A stretch of DNA of 64,000 bases from Candidatus Bathyarchaeia archaeon (GCA_050012255.1 JBEKHN010000010.1:1-64000); one strand, 5' to 3'. Shown: positions 1-10,815, counted from the first letter of the stretch. Translations and numbers: made by a program. Notes: a model not told the origin generated them from the letters alone.

Positions 1-42
1 AATCATCCCAACCACGAAAGCAAACAGGAGTGGATCTGCCAT
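1..42 (-). CDS. 5' end of a probable membrane protein running off the window (MADPLLFAFVVGMI...)
   Basis: ATG at 42-40 followed by a hydrophobic open frame to the window edge. Confidence 0.4.
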   Translation of the reverse strand, partial: MADPLLFAFVVGMI

Positions 43-303
43 AGCAATTCCTTACACTTTCTCGTTTTGCACCTTAATGATGTCTGGCATAACAGTTGGT
101 CGCGTCTTCTTTTCCTTTCATACGGTAGCCTTGCCCCTTGACTAAGAAGAGGAGCTTCTCACTTGATAAGGCTGACCCTGAATCGACCGTACAACATGTT
201 GATCCTTGTCGTAAACTCCTTTTTGTTTTCGCAATCGCGCGCCCCCTCTGAAAGCAGTAAGTCTTCAACGATAGAAAAAGATTCGACAATTGTTTCTCGA
301 TGC

Positions 304-530
304 TTATTCTTTCAACCAGACTTTGCCACCCTTAGCCTTTCCGACTTTGCCTTGCTCCACCAAATAGTTAAGCCAGCCCAGTTCACGTCCTGAAGTTATC
401 CCAGCTTCTTCTGGAATCACTCTCGTCTTTTTCGAGACTGCACCTTTCCCACGTAACTTCTTCTCGATATTTCTGATCTGAGCTTGTCTGCAGCAACACC
501 GACGATCGCTCCTATGTAACCCGTTCGCAT
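304..530 (-). pseudogene. Small basic protein with a winged-helix-like C-terminus, apparently frameshifted
   Basis: SD GGAGGTG at 537-531. The frame MRTGYIGAIVGVAA shifts by one base near 489 into QAQIRNIEKKLRGKGAVSKKT...LVEQGKVGKAKGGKVWLKE*. Confidence 0.45.
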
Positions 531-826
531 CACCTCCTGAGCTACGTGTAAACGGGAGCACGGATTGTTGTGAATACCGAGACACCTGCAATGTAAACTT
601 CCACGTCTACTTGTATAAAGCCACTATGGGTGGGGCTTATAGGTTGCACCCTAAAAAACCCGATTCCGTCGACCGATTGACCACTACTTACAGATCCCAT
701 AGATTCTATGTATGCAGATGCGTACGAAGTGTCATGGCCGTATGATGTGAAGGGAGTTTCTTGTATGCCTAGCGCTCGCGTTATGACAGCACTTCCGTTT
801 CGAGATAGCGCGCGCCGGCTCCGCGT

Positions 827-1384
827 TTACAGAATTTCATTTGCCGCTTCATTGTAAACCTTAAAATCATGCTCCGTAAACAAGACGAAGGTTATTTCGC
901 GCAATGTGCTCTCCCTTTCAAGAAATTGCTTCACCGTCGTTAGAGCTGTTCGGCTTGCCTTTTCAGCAGGGTATCCGTACGCTCCTGTGCTTATTGAGGG
1001 AAGCGCCAGTGTTTTCAGTTTCTTGGAAGCAGCTAGCTTCAGCGAGTTCTTGTAGGCATCAGCCAGAAGACCTGGTTCACTGTGTGACCCTCCATGCCAG
1101 ATGGGTCCGACCGTGTGGATCACGTGTTTAGCTCTTAGGTCTCCTCCAGAGGTGATTACTGACTTTCCCGTTGGGAGACCGTTCGGCCACTTCGAAGCTG
1201 TTATGCGTTTGCACTCCTCGAGTATTGTGGGTCCGCCTTTTCGGTGTATGGCGCCGTCGACGCCTCCGCCTCCCATGAGAGTTGGGTTTGCCGCGTTCAC
1301 TATGGCATCAGCGTCAAGGTCGGTTATGTCTCCCTGAACGAGGCGGATTTTCGCATTTCTGACGTTGAATTCTGCAGCAATCAT
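827..1384 (-). CDS. Macro-domain protein (O-acetyl-ADP-ribose deacetylase, YmdB-like)
   Basis: GDIT, AIVNAAN, GGGGVDGAIH, VIHTVGP and SISTGAYG motifs. Confidence 0.95.
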   Translation of the reverse strand: MIAAEFNVRNAKIRLVQGDITDLDADAIVNAANPTLMGGGGVDGAIHRKGGPTILEECKRITASKWPNGLPTGKSVITSGGDLRAKHVIHTVGPIWHGGSHSEPGLLADAYKNSLKLAASKKLKTLALPSISTGAYGYPAEKASRTALTTVKQFLERESTLREITFVLFTEHDFKVYNEAANEIL

Positions 1385-1405
1385 CTTCTTTTCCCCAATG
1401 ACATT

Positions 1406-1972
1406 TTATTTCCTATCCAGATCAGAAATGAAGCGTTTCTGCAACTCGACTATTTCTGTGCTGCTTCGGGCACTTTTGTAGCCTTCCAGTCTCTCATGGT
1501 TCATTTCGAGAAAAGTGTGCCCCCACTTGAAGATAGAAAGTAGCTGAACAGCCTCCTGTTCAAACCCAACGATGTACAAGGCTGCAGCCAGAGCCTCAAC
1601 AGTTGAGAGTTTGGTTGGCTTGCCAAAGTTAACAGGGTTTCCTGCGATCAAGAAGGGCAGACAGCGAGACGTCCCCCTAACGCGTTTCAGAAGCACTTCT
1701 TCAGCCCGCTCCCAGCTGCAATCCAAACCGACCAGTCCAAACCCTTCAACACGCTCTTTATCGGCAGGAGAAAAGGCAACTTCTGAAAAAGGATTGAGCA
1801 CAATAGCCCTCTTTGGCAGGTATCTTATTTGAAGTACTTCACGGACGAGTCCAAATCGTCTGAGCTTCGACGCACTACATTTTCTTGGATCATCTTGCTT
1901 CGCGTTGTAAACGACGATCTTAACTTGCCTTTGCACGTGCTTCCTGCACCCTTGCGTGATCCATCGGGTCAT
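1406..1972 (-). CDS. tsr3: SSU rRNA aminocarboxypropyltransferase Tsr3 (DUF367); true start probably near 1939
   Basis: DDPRKCSA, LDCSW, LPFLIAGNPVNFG, LSTVEALAAAL and FKWGHTFL motifs. Confidence 0.93.
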   Translation of the reverse strand: MTRWITQGCRKHVQRQVKIVVYNAKQDDPRKCSASKLRRFGLVREVLQIRYLPKRAIVLNPFSEVAFSPADKERVEGFGLVGLDCSWERAEEVLLKRVRGTSRCLPFLIAGNPVNFGKPTKLSTVEALAAALYIVGFEQEAVQLLSIFKWGHTFLEMNHERLEGYKSARSSTEIVELQKRFISDLDRK

Positions 1973-3455
1973 TCAGAACGTGCGGAATCCAGTCGATAAG
2001 ATCCGTGGCGACCATGTGGGGTCCAATTTCTTGGAAGACGAAGTCTCCAGCAGCTCCGTTCACAAACGCCCCGGCGACAGCCGCCTCAAACGGGTCGACT
2101 TTTTGAGCTAGAAAAGCTCCGACGACTCCTGAGAGTACGTCTCCTGTTCCGCCGACCGTCATGCCAGGGTTACCTGTGAAGTTGAGTTTCAAGCGGTCTC
2201 CGTCAGAGATTATGTCGACGTGTCCCTTCAACAGTATGACCGCGTTGAGCTTCGCCGCTGCCCTCTGAACTTCCGTGACTTTCTGAGACAACGTCTCTGG
2301 CAGTTTTCTCCCAGTCAGTATAGCATACTCTCCAGCGTGCGGAGTCAAGACCAGGGGCACTTTGAGTTTTCTCTTGAAACCCGCGAAAGCCTTCAAACCG
2401 TCTGCGTCTAAGAGCAACGGCTTTCCAGCACGCTCGACGGTGTCAACGATCGCCCTAACGGCCTCGCTGGTTTCATCGTGCAAGCCGAGACCTGGACCTA
2501 AGACGACGGCGTTACAAGTCTCCACGTGTTCTTTCAATTCTGAAACGTTGCTCAGGTTCAAGTGGTCTCCAGCGAGCTTTATTGTGATCAGGTCTGGGGA
2601 CATCGATGAGATCGCATATGCGGTTTTCTCCGGCGCAGCTAGATAGGCTAGGTCGACGCCGGTACGCATAGCGGCCTGGGCCACAAAGGTGGGAGCACCT
2701 GAGAAAACTTCGCTTCCACCGACAACAAGTAAACGTCCAAAATCGCCCTTGTGCGACTCTGATGGCCGTGGTTTCACGACTGCCAAAACGTCGCCTGGAC
2801 CAGCGTAACTCTCGAACTCTTTGGGCAAACCTATGCCCTTGACAACCAGTTCGCCCACGAACTTCTTGGCCTTCTCAAGCCCCTTCTTCAACTTGTGAAA
2901 GGTTATGGTCAAATCAGCCTTCACTGCCGCTCCAAGAACTTCCCCCGTGTCCGAGTCAATCCCCGTTGGCACGTCTACGGCAACTCGGAAAGCATCCATT
3001 GCGTTGATCTTCTTGACCAACTGCAGAACCGGAGGCCTGAGGCTTCCTTTTGTGCCCGTTCCGAGCAGTGCGTCAATAACCACGTCCACGTCTACTTCCG
3101 GTATCAGAGTGCTGTCGTAAACCTCATGTACGGCTATCGTGTCTTGCAGAAACTGTAATGCTTTGAGATTTTGTAGAGCTTCCTTGTCCGAGATGTCCTT
3201 GCTCTTGCCCGCAAGAATCACCGTGACCTTGAAGCCCATAGAAGAGAGGTGTCTCGCGGCCACGAAACCGTCCCCGCCGTTTCCGCCCAATCCGCAGAAG
3301 ACCGCAGCAGACTTTCCTGGTTTGAAGCGCGAAGCGAGTTGGCAGGCCACGCAGTGCCCAGCGTTCTCCATCAACAGAAGCCTCGAGACGCCGAAGTACT
3401 CAGAGTTCACTTCCAGAGCACGCATTTCACGGCTGGTTATGGCATCTCTTAACAA
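1920..3455 (-). CDS. nnr: Bifunctional NAD(P)H-hydrate epimerase/dehydratase
   Basis: LMENAG, GNGGDG, DALLGTG, DVPTG (YjeF-N) and SHKGDFG, LDADG, TPHAGE, GGTGDVL (YjeF-C). Confidence 0.95.
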   Translation of the reverse strand: MLRDAITSREMRALEVNSEYFGVSRLLLMENAGHCVACQLASRFKPGKSAAVFCGLGGNGGDGFVAARHLSSMGFKVTVILAGKSKDISDKEALQNLKALQFLQDTIAVHEVYDSTLIPEVDVDVVIDALLGTGTKGSLRPPVLQLVKKINAMDAFRVAVDVPTGIDSDTGEVLGAAVKADLTITFHKLKKGLEKAKKFVGELVVKGIGLPKEFESYAGPGDVLAVVKPRPSESHKGDFGRLLVVGGSEVFSGAPTFVAQAAMRTGVDLAYLAAPEKTAYAISSMSPDLITIKLAGDHLNLSNVSELKEHVETCNAVVLGPGLGLHDETSEAVRAIVDTVERAGKPLLLDADGLKAFAGFKRKLKVPLVLTPHAGEYAILTGRKLPETLSQKVTEVQRAAAKLNAVILLKGHVDIISDGDRLKLNFTGNPGMTVGGTGDVLSGVVGAFLAQKVDPFEAAVAGAFVNGAAGDFVFQEIGPHMVATDLIDWIPHVLNDPMDHARVQEARAKAS

Positions 3456-3613
3456 GCCTGAAGACCCAGTAGCCTAATGCTTTGAAACTGAAGATAAGCA
3501 TATCCGTTAATCTTGATACGCAACATTTCCTGAAATATGCCATGGCAAGGCCAACAGGGCACGTAGCAAAACATTTTAATGCACAGAGCCAAACAATAGA
3601 GGCGGTGATGCAA

Positions 3614-3856
3614 ATGCCAACGGCATTCGTGTTGATAAACACAGAAATCGGTTCAGAAGCAGACGTGCTGAAAGACTTGAAGAAGGTAGAGGGAGTTGAA
3701 GAAGCAAACGCCGTCTATGGAGTCTACGACATAATTGCCAGAGTGAAGGCAGACACGATGGACAGACTGAAAGAGATCGTGACGTGGAAGGTCAGGAGAC
3801 TCGACAAGGTCAGGTCAACGCTGACCATGATCGTCGTTGAAGAAGGAGCAAAATAG
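3614..3856 (+). CDS. Stand-alone Lrp/AsnC ligand-binding (RAM) domain protein
   Basis: AFVLIN...VYGVYDIIARV...VRSTLTMIV; start placed at the MPTAFV codon. Confidence 0.88.
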   Translation: MPTAFVLINTEIGSEADVLKDLKKVEGVEEANAVYGVYDIIARVKADTMDRLKEIVTWKVRRLDKVRSTLTMIVVEEGAK

Positions 3857-3943
3857 CAAGCACTCCCCCTTTTTATCGAAGACAAACAATCCCTTTATTT
3901 ACGTTATATTCTGACTTATTCGAAAGAGAACAGGCTGCTCTGA

Positions 3944-5281
3944 ATGAAGAAAACGATGCACATTGGGCTCGACGATACGGACTCGACCAGAAAGGGGTGC
4001 ACAACATACGTCGCAGCTCTCCTCGTGGAGAAACTGCTGAAGCTCGACGCCGGTTTCATCGACTATCCTAACTTGATCAGGCTGAACCCTAACGTTCCCT
4101 GGAAAACGAGGGGAAACGGCGCACTGTGCCTCAGAATACAGCACGACGAGAGTGTTATGGACAAAGTCAAAGAAACAGTGATCTCCACAGTTGAGAAACA
4201 AGCGGACTTAGAATGCAATGGCACGGATCCAGGTATAGTGTTTTTCCGGTCATCAAGGATTCCGAGGGAACTCGGCACTTTTGCAAGGAAGACCATAACA
4301 GGAGTAGTAAACCTGCGAGATGCAACGAGGCTCTTGAAGAAGTTCAAAGGTGAGGCATTCGGATTCAAGAGTGGCAGAGGAGTCATCGGCGCCTTGGCAG
4401 CCGTTGGAGAGAGCCTTCAAGCAGACCACACATATGAAATCATCGCGTACCGCACTTCGGAAAACTATGGGTCAAAGCGAATGGTAGATGCGGCTTCAGT
4501 CTTTGAGATGGACGCGGCAACGAGGCCCTACACGTTCAATAACGTCGACGCGGAGAAGAGAAGAGTTATAATCACGCCTCGAGGACCAGACCCGATTCTT
4601 TTCGGCATACGAGGCGAAAGCCCAGAGATCGTGAAGAAGGCTTTTCAAATGCTCAAGGTTCTGGAACCCGTCGAGAGATGGGTCATCTTTCGCACGAATC
4701 AAGGAACGGACGCGCATCTCAAACGAGTTGAGAAGCTGAGCCGAATCACGCCTTACAGTCCGCTTATCGCGAGGGGAACGATCTCGGTTAGCCCTAGGAT
4801 GATTCGAGGAAGACACGTGATCTTCTCGATTAAAGACGAGAGCTCTGAGGTGGATTGCGCAGCCTACGAACCCACGGGGGCCCTCCGCGCCGTTGTAAAG
4901 AAACTGATCGTCGGGGATCAAGTGGAAGTCTACGGTGGTGTCCGTCCTCCTTCGCCGAACACGCCTCTGACCATAAACCTCGAGAAGATCCGATTGCTGA
5001 AGCTTGCATCACAAATCGTCTTCCGCAACCCGTTGTGTTCAAAGTGTGGGAGAAGACTCAAGTCTATGGGAACGGAAAAGGGGTTCAGATGCGACAGGTG
5101 CGGCGCGAGATACCCTTCTCTCACAAAGGTTGAGGCTAGAATGAAACGTGAAATAAGAAGAGGCCTTTGTATGACTTCAACTCGGTCTCAGAGACACTTG
5201 ACTAAGCCTAGTGTCCGTTATGGGATGGAGAAGCGCCATGAACGGGTTGAAGAGTTGACGAGAGAATGGCACTTCCCCTGA
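3944..5281 (+). CDS. tiaS: tRNA(Ile2) agmatidine synthetase
   Basis: IGLDDTDS..GCTTY, LIRLNPNVPWKTRGNGA, TNQGTDAHL, CAAYEPT, C-terminal CxxC...CxxC, RHLTKP. Confidence 0.96.
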   Translation: MKKTMHIGLDDTDSTRKGCTTYVAALLVEKLLKLDAGFIDYPNLIRLNPNVPWKTRGNGALCLRIQHDESVMDKVKETVISTVEKQADLECNGTDPGIVFFRSSRIPRELGTFARKTITGVVNLRDATRLLKKFKGEAFGFKSGRGVIGALAAVGESLQADHTYEIIAYRTSENYGSKRMVDAASVFEMDAATRPYTFNNVDAEKRRVIITPRGPDPILFGIRGESPEIVKKAFQMLKVLEPVERWVIFRTNQGTDAHLKRVEKLSRITPYSPLIARGTISVSPRMIRGRHVIFSIKDESSEVDCAAYEPTGALRAVVKKLIVGDQVEVYGGVRPPSPNTPLTINLEKIRLLKLASQIVFRNPLCSKCGRRLKSMGTEKGFRCDRCGARYPSLTKVEARMKREIRRGLCMTSTRSQRHLTKPSVRYGMEKRHERVEELTREWHFP

Positions 5282-5283
5282 GG

Positions 5284-5535
5284 CTATTTTTGATCCACCC
5301 GGAAGATTTCTTGCAGCATCTGGTACAGCTCGTCGCCGCCCTCAACCTTAGAGAAAAGGTCCTTTTCCGCCTTAAGCAATCTTCCCATAGTCGTGTATGT
5401 CTCTCGCCACTCCAGCTCCTTCCACATTAAGCGGTAATTCTTCAGTTCAAGCCATGCACGGAAAACGAGGACTGCGAACATTGCGAGCGTCGCCAGCAGG
5501 TTCAGTATGTATATGTCCAATATTTCGTCTGCCAT
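5284..5535 (-). CDS. Small single-TM hypothetical protein
   Basis: ATG with SD GGAGGTGG; N-terminal hydrophobic helix. Confidence 0.75.
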   Translation of the reverse strand: MADEILDIYILNLLATLAMFAVLVFRAWLELKNYRLMWKELEWRETYTTMGRLLKAEKDLFSKVEGGDELYQMLQEIFRVDQK

Positions 5536-5630
5536 CGTCCACCTCCTCCTTGCTCTTTTAGCCCTACCTTATCGGCAAAACGCATTTAAATCAGACTCTG
5601 AGTAACTCTGAAACAGAGAGAAGGCTCGGC

Positions 5631-5939
5631 TTGAGCGAGGTTGTCTCGCCAATCGTTTTCCAGTTGGGCGTCGGCGGGGTAGGCGGCTTCATAGTCGGGT
5701 TTGCACTCAAGAAGCTCAGCAAGCTCATACTCTTTCTGATAGGTGTTTTCATACTGGCGCTTATCTACTTGAGCACGCAGGGCATAATTAACATAAACTA
5801 TGACGCCCTTTGGAAAGCACTGGCGAGTTTGCTCGGTTCAGCTGGCCCAGCGTTCTCATGGCTGATCGGCGTCATATCAATACTGCCTTTCGCGGGAAGT
5901 TTCACCGCGGGCTTCCTGATAGGGCTCAAGCTTGGATGA
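5631..5939 (+). CDS. FUN14-family membrane protein
   Basis: QLGVGGVGGFIVGFALKK...GIININY...FAGSFTAGFLIG pattern. Confidence 0.85.
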   Translation: MSEVVSPIVFQLGVGGVGGFIVGFALKKLSKLILFLIGVFILALIYLSTQGIININYDALWKALASLLGSAGPAFSWLIGVISILPFAGSFTAGFLIGLKLG

Positions 5940-6061
5940 GGATCGCTTCGAAGGCGAGACTTACGAAGGTGCGCTTTCATTATTAGGGAGAACAATGCCC
6001 AAGAATTCGGCTGTCACAAATCATTAATAGCTTTGGTTAAGCGCTAGTTCAGTGACACGTC

Positions 6062-6745
6062 GTGGATGACAAAGAGCAGTTTTCATGGCCGTCACGGTTG
6101 GCCAGATACTTTCTACACGGAATAGCATTTTCGATCTTGCTTCTCCTGCTGGGGCTCGTCTGGGTCATTATTCTAGTCATGTTGGTTGTGGTGGGAGCCC
6201 TCATCGGCCTCAAAATAGGGGTTATAGTGCTCTTTTTCTTCATAGTTGGTCTCAACACAGTTCTGACCGATTTCATATGGTCGACAACCATAGAATCTGG
6301 CTGGAAGACCCTTCTGATTCATGGCTTAGGCCTATTCTTCGCACTGTTTTTTGTGGATCTACCAGGGTACATATACTTGGCGAGTAGCGGGCCAAGCCCA
6401 ATCACATTGATAGGTCTTATCGTAGTTTGCTCGTTTATTGATGGGTTCATGGCCAAGAATGTGGCCTCTCTGTGGGAAGAAGGATCTGGCTACGGCGTTT
6501 CAGAGAGAGCTGAAGCCATGGCAGAATCCACAACTCAAGAATCAGCTCTCAAGTTGCGAACTGAGGAAGTTGATGCACAATCACTTTACGATAAGCTGTT
6601 GGCCGAGTACATACAGCATTGGGGAGCCAAGCTTGGAACCGAACTTCTCGACAACGAGATAAAGGCCCACACGTGGCACAGAGACACTTTTGAAGAAGAC
6701 GTCAGAAGGGTCTACGAGCGTCAGCGAAGAGAGTCAGCGAAATAG
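6062..6745 (+). CDS. Hypothetical membrane protein (about 4 TM plus a soluble C-terminal domain)
   Basis: 227-aa ORF with hydrophobic segments. Confidence 0.7.
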   Translation: MDDKEQFSWPSRLARYFLHGIAFSILLLLLGLVWVIILVMLVVVGALIGLKIGVIVLFFFIVGLNTVLTDFIWSTTIESGWKTLLIHGLGLFFALFFVDLPGYIYLASSGPSPITLIGLIVVCSFIDGFMAKNVASLWEEGSGYGVSERAEAMAESTTQESALKLRTEEVDAQSLYDKLLAEYIQHWGAKLGTELLDNEIKAHTWHRDTFEEDVRRVYERQRRESAK

Positions 6746-6812
6746 TTTAAATGCCCGTTTCATGTTAATTCTTTGAAAAATCTGGTTCCATAGTTTGTCG
6801 GAGTGACTGAAG

Positions 6813-9605
6813 TTGAAGAGATTTCCAGCTGAGGAGTACGATCTTCCGTTTTTCCATGAACAAGGCTTCGTTAGAAAGCTGTGCCCTAAATGCGACATTT
6901 ACTTTTGGACCCAGAACCCGCAGCAAGAAACTTGTGGCGAAGCAACGTCAGAAGGATGTGCTTCATACACTTTTTTGAATAACCCTCCCACAAAGAGAAG
7001 CTACAACCTGCGTGAAATGCGGGAATCTTTCCTTTCATTCTTCGAAAAACATGGACACGCACGCATAAGACCGTACCCAGTTGTGGCTAGATGGAGAGAA
7101 GACCTCTACCTAACCCACGCAAGCATAATCGACTTCCAACCATACGTGACCGACGGGCTTGCGCCGCCTCCGGCGAACCCCCTGGTTATTTCTCAACCCT
7201 GCATCCGACTCGTCGACATCGACAACACCGGACCCACCTTTGGCAGACACCTGACAATCTTTGAGATGGGTGGCGCACACGCCTTCAACTACCCAGACAA
7301 GGAGGTCTACTGGAAAGACCAGACGGTGCGTTATCAGCACGAATGGGTCACAAAGGATCTGGGCGTGAAATCTCACGAGATAACGTATAAGGAAGCGGTT
7401 TGGGTGGGCGGCGGAAACGCGGGCCCGTGCGTCGAATCGATTATCCGAGGCCTAGAAGTCGACACACTCGTTTTCATGCAGTACAAGGTCAAAAACAACG
7501 AGTTCGTCAAGCTGCCGATCCGAACGGTGGACACGGGCTACGGAATAGACCGTTACGCGTGGGTTTCTCAGGGTGTGCCAAGCGGGTTTCACGCGATCTA
7601 CGGTGAACTTCTTGCTAGAATATTCAAGATGGCTGGGCTAACAAAAATCGACAAAGAGATGCTCGTGAAGGTGGCAAGGGTCTCGGGCCTAGTGAGCCTA
7701 GACAAAGCAGCAAGCAGGCTGGAAACAAGAAAGAAGGAGGCTGAGCTTGTCGGGGTGAAAGCAAGCGAACTTGACAGATTCGTCGGTCCAATTGAGAATG
7801 CTTTCGCGGTAGCCGACCACACGAAATGCTTGAGTTTCATACTTTCTGAGGGCGTTGTCCCTTCGAACATTCAGGAAGGATACTTGGCTAGGCTTGTCTT
7901 CCGAAGGATTTACCGGCTGCTGAGGACGCTCGGCATTCCGGACAAGCTGTACGACATCATGGACATGCAGGTTGACCTGTGGGGTGAAGACTTTCCGCGT
8001 CTTAGGGAGACGCGTGACGAGATTATGGAGATGGTGAAGGTCGAAGAGGAGAAGTTCGAGGAGACGATCAAGCGCGGCGAGGGAATGGTTAAGCGCATCT
8101 CTGCAGAGTTGAAAGAAAAGGGGCGGAAAGAGGTGCCCGCAGAAACGTTGACGGAGCTTTATGACTCTCATGGGCTACCGCCTGAGATCGTCAAACAGAC
8201 GGCTGAGAAAGAAGGCCTCAAAGTGGAGGTTCCGGACAACTTCTACACGTTGATCGCCCAGAGACACATGCAGGTGTCCAAGCCAGTCGAAGAAGAAGTC
8301 GAGTCAAAAGAGTGGCTGAAAAAAGCTGTTGCAGACCTTCCGCGGACAGAACCGCTCTACTACGAGGACCAATACTTGAAGGAGTTCGATGCAAAGGTTC
8401 TGAAAGTGGTCCAAAACGATTTCGTTGTGCTTGACAGAACCTGCTTCTTCCCCGAGGGCGGAGGTCAACCGCCGGACACGGGCCACATCAGGTTTGATGG
8501 AAAGATGGCAGAGATAACTGACGTCCAAAAAGTTGGCACCGTCATAGTTCACAGGATAAAAGGCGATGCTCCCGAAGAAGGCCAGAAAGTGAAGGGCACC
8601 ATCGCTTGGGATAAGCGTTACAGTCTCATGAAGAATCACACGGCAACCCATGTCATCGGCGGGGCAGCGAAACGAGTGCTCGGACAGCACGTTTGGCAGT
8701 ACGGAACTCAGAAGGGCATTGAGTCCTCAAGGCTTGACATCTCCCATTATCGTAGGTTGACGCTGGAGGAACTGCAGAAGATAGAGACTTTGGCGAACGA
8801 GGCGGTCCTGAGAAACATTCAGGTTGACGTCGCGTGGATGCCTAGAAACGAAGCCGAGAGTCGGTATGGTTTTCGACTTTATCAGGGCGGAGCGGTTCCT
8901 GGAAAGGAGATCCGTGTCGTGAGAGCCGGAGACTGGGACGTTGAAGCCTGCGCGGGAACGCATTTGAATAGCACCGGGGAGATCGGTTTCATCAAGTTAG
9001 TGCATTCTGAGAGAGTCCAGGACGGCGTTGAAAGACTCGAGTACTCCGTGGGAATTCCAGCGGTCAAGGCCGTTCAAGCGAACGATAGATTGCTTGTAAG
9101 GCTTTCAGAAACGTTGAACGCACCGTTTGAGAAGCTGGACCAAACGGCTGAAAAAATAGTCAAAGAACTGAAGGAAGCAAACGTCGATAGGAGGAAGCTC
9201 ATCAAGGAGCTGGCAGCGCGGGAGAGCACAGACGTGGGCTCAGAAACGGCCGCCAAAGGTGAAAAAATGGGCGACATAAACATCGTGCTCCGTGATTTTC
9301 GGGGATCGGTTGACGTTGACCGCATGGTTCAAACAGCGACTGAAATTATCCGAAGGAACGAGGCAACCGTAACAATATTCTACGGTGCAGATGAGGAGAA
9401 CGCTAGGATAATGGTCATGGCTGGAAAAACCGCGCTTGAAAAAGGCGTAAACGCCGGCGAAATAGTGAAAGAGGCTTCAAAACTCATAGGCGGCGGAGGA
9501 GGAGGAAGACCCAACTTCGCCCAAGGCGGCGGAACACAAGTTGAAAACGTGCAAGAAGCCGTCAAAAAAGCGGAGGAAGCCTTGAAGAAACAATTGAAAC
9601 CCTGA
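6813..9605 (+). CDS. alaS: Alanine-tRNA ligase (archaeal type)
   Basis: N-terminal CxxC, SQPCIRL, HLTIFEM, GGGNAGP, DTGYG, HTATH editing motif, ACAGTH, C-terminal GGGGG. Confidence 0.98.
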   Translation: MKRFPAEEYDLPFFHEQGFVRKLCPKCDIYFWTQNPQQETCGEATSEGCASYTFLNNPPTKRSYNLREMRESFLSFFEKHGHARIRPYPVVARWREDLYLTHASIIDFQPYVTDGLAPPPANPLVISQPCIRLVDIDNTGPTFGRHLTIFEMGGAHAFNYPDKEVYWKDQTVRYQHEWVTKDLGVKSHEITYKEAVWVGGGNAGPCVESIIRGLEVDTLVFMQYKVKNNEFVKLPIRTVDTGYGIDRYAWVSQGVPSGFHAIYGELLARIFKMAGLTKIDKEMLVKVARVSGLVSLDKAASRLETRKKEAELVGVKASELDRFVGPIENAFAVADHTKCLSFILSEGVVPSNIQEGYLARLVFRRIYRLLRTLGIPDKLYDIMDMQVDLWGEDFPRLRETRDEIMEMVKVEEEKFEETIKRGEGMVKRISAELKEKGRKEVPAETLTELYDSHGLPPEIVKQTAEKEGLKVEVPDNFYTLIAQRHMQVSKPVEEEVESKEWLKKAVADLPRTEPLYYEDQYLKEFDAKVLKVVQNDFVVLDRTCFFPEGGGQPPDTGHIRFDGKMAEITDVQKVGTVIVHRIKGDAPEEGQKVKGTIAWDKRYSLMKNHTATHVIGGAAKRVLGQHVWQYGTQKGIESSRLDISHYRRLTLEELQKIETLANEAVLRNIQVDVAWMPRNEAESRYGFRLYQGGAVPGKEIRVVRAGDWDVEACAGTHLNSTGEIGFIKLVHSERVQDGVERLEYSVGIPAVKAVQANDRLLVRLSETLNAPFEKLDQTAEKIVKELKEANVDRRKLIKELAARESTDVGSETAAKGEKMGDINIVLRDFRGSVDVDRMVQTATEIIRRNEATVTIFYGADEENARIMVMAGKTALEKGVNAGEIVKEASKLIGGGGGGRPNFAQGGGTQVENVQEAVKKAEEALKKQLKP

Positions 9606-9659
9606 CGTGAAGCTTTTAGGAGACATTCCATCTCATTACACCTGCTTTGAGGAGTCTGG

Positions 9660-10808
9660 ATGAAGTATAGGAGCTTTGGAAGACTAAACTGGAAAGTTTC
9701 AGCTCTCGGCTTCGGTGCGATGAGACTGCCGATCCTTGGGAATGACGCTGCAAAAATCGACGAGCCTGAAGCGATCCGCATGATAAGGCACGCGATCGAT
9801 AACGGCTTGAACTATTTGGACACGGCGTATCCGTATCACCGGGGAAATGCGGAGACCTTGGTTGGAAAAGCGTTGCAGGACGGGTACAGGGAGAAGATCA
9901 AGCTGGCCACAAAGATGCCAACGTGGCTCATCAAATCCGAACAGGACATGGACAAGTATCTGGAAGAACAGTTAAACAGGCTCCTCGTGAAGCAGGTCGA
10001 TTTCTACCTTCTGCACGGACTGACCGGCGAGCGCTGGCAGAAGCTCACTGAACTGAACGTGTTGAAATGGCTCGAGAAGAAAAGAGACGAAGGAAACATC
10101 AGCGGTTTTGGCTTCAGTTTCCACGACGAATACGACGTGTTCAAGAAGGTCATAGACAGCTCTGACGAGTGGACCCTGTGCCAGATCCAGTACAACTACA
10201 TGGACTCGAACTATCAAGCTGGTACAAGAGGGCTGAAGTATGCCGCGTCGAAAGGCCTCGCGGTCGTAGTTATGGAGCCGATCGCCGGTGGAAGACTTGG
10301 CGTTAAGCCGCCAGCCGAGATTGAGGCTACTTGGGATGAAGCAGACTTCAAGAGAACCCCAGCGGAGTGGGCCCTGCAATGGGTTTGGAACCAGCCTGAA
10401 GTGTCCGTGGCGCTCAGCGGCATGAGCACCATGGAGCAGGTTGAGGAAAACCTTCGAAGCGCAGACCGTTCAGGCCCAGAAACTCTGACCGAAAGGGAAC
10501 TTCAACTTGTCGACCGAGTCAAGGCGAAGTACATGCAGTTCGGTTTCGTCGGGTGCACGGGCTGCAGGTACTGCTTACCGTGTCCTGAAGGAGTTAACAT
10601 CCCAGAGATAATCTCGCTTTACAATGAGTATTACATGAAGGACAAGGACGATGAGATAAAGAAAAAGTACTGGGAGCACATCACAAAGGAAAGTCAAGCG
10701 AAAAGATGCGCAAGATGCGGAACGTGCGAGGAGCTCTGCCCACAGAAGCTGACGGTAAGAGACGTCCTCAACAGAGCGGCTTGGATATTCGAACAAGACA
10801 CTGGTTAG
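9660..10808 (+). CDS. Aldo/keto reductase with C-terminal Fe-S motifs
   Basis: GFGAMRLP, DTAYPYH, GFSFH, CTGCRYCLPCP, CARCGTCEELCPQ. Confidence 0.92.
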   Translation: MKYRSFGRLNWKVSALGFGAMRLPILGNDAAKIDEPEAIRMIRHAIDNGLNYLDTAYPYHRGNAETLVGKALQDGYREKIKLATKMPTWLIKSEQDMDKYLEEQLNRLLVKQVDFYLLHGLTGERWQKLTELNVLKWLEKKRDEGNISGFGFSFHDEYDVFKKVIDSSDEWTLCQIQYNYMDSNYQAGTRGLKYAASKGLAVVVMEPIAGGRLGVKPPAEIEATWDEADFKRTPAEWALQWVWNQPEVSVALSGMSTMEQVEENLRSADRSGPETLTERELQLVDRVKAKYMQFGFVGCTGCRYCLPCPEGVNIPEIISLYNEYYMKDKDDEIKKKYWEHITKESQAKRCARCGTCEELCPQKLTVRDVLNRAAWIFEQDTG

Positions 10809-10815
10809 GCGCAGC

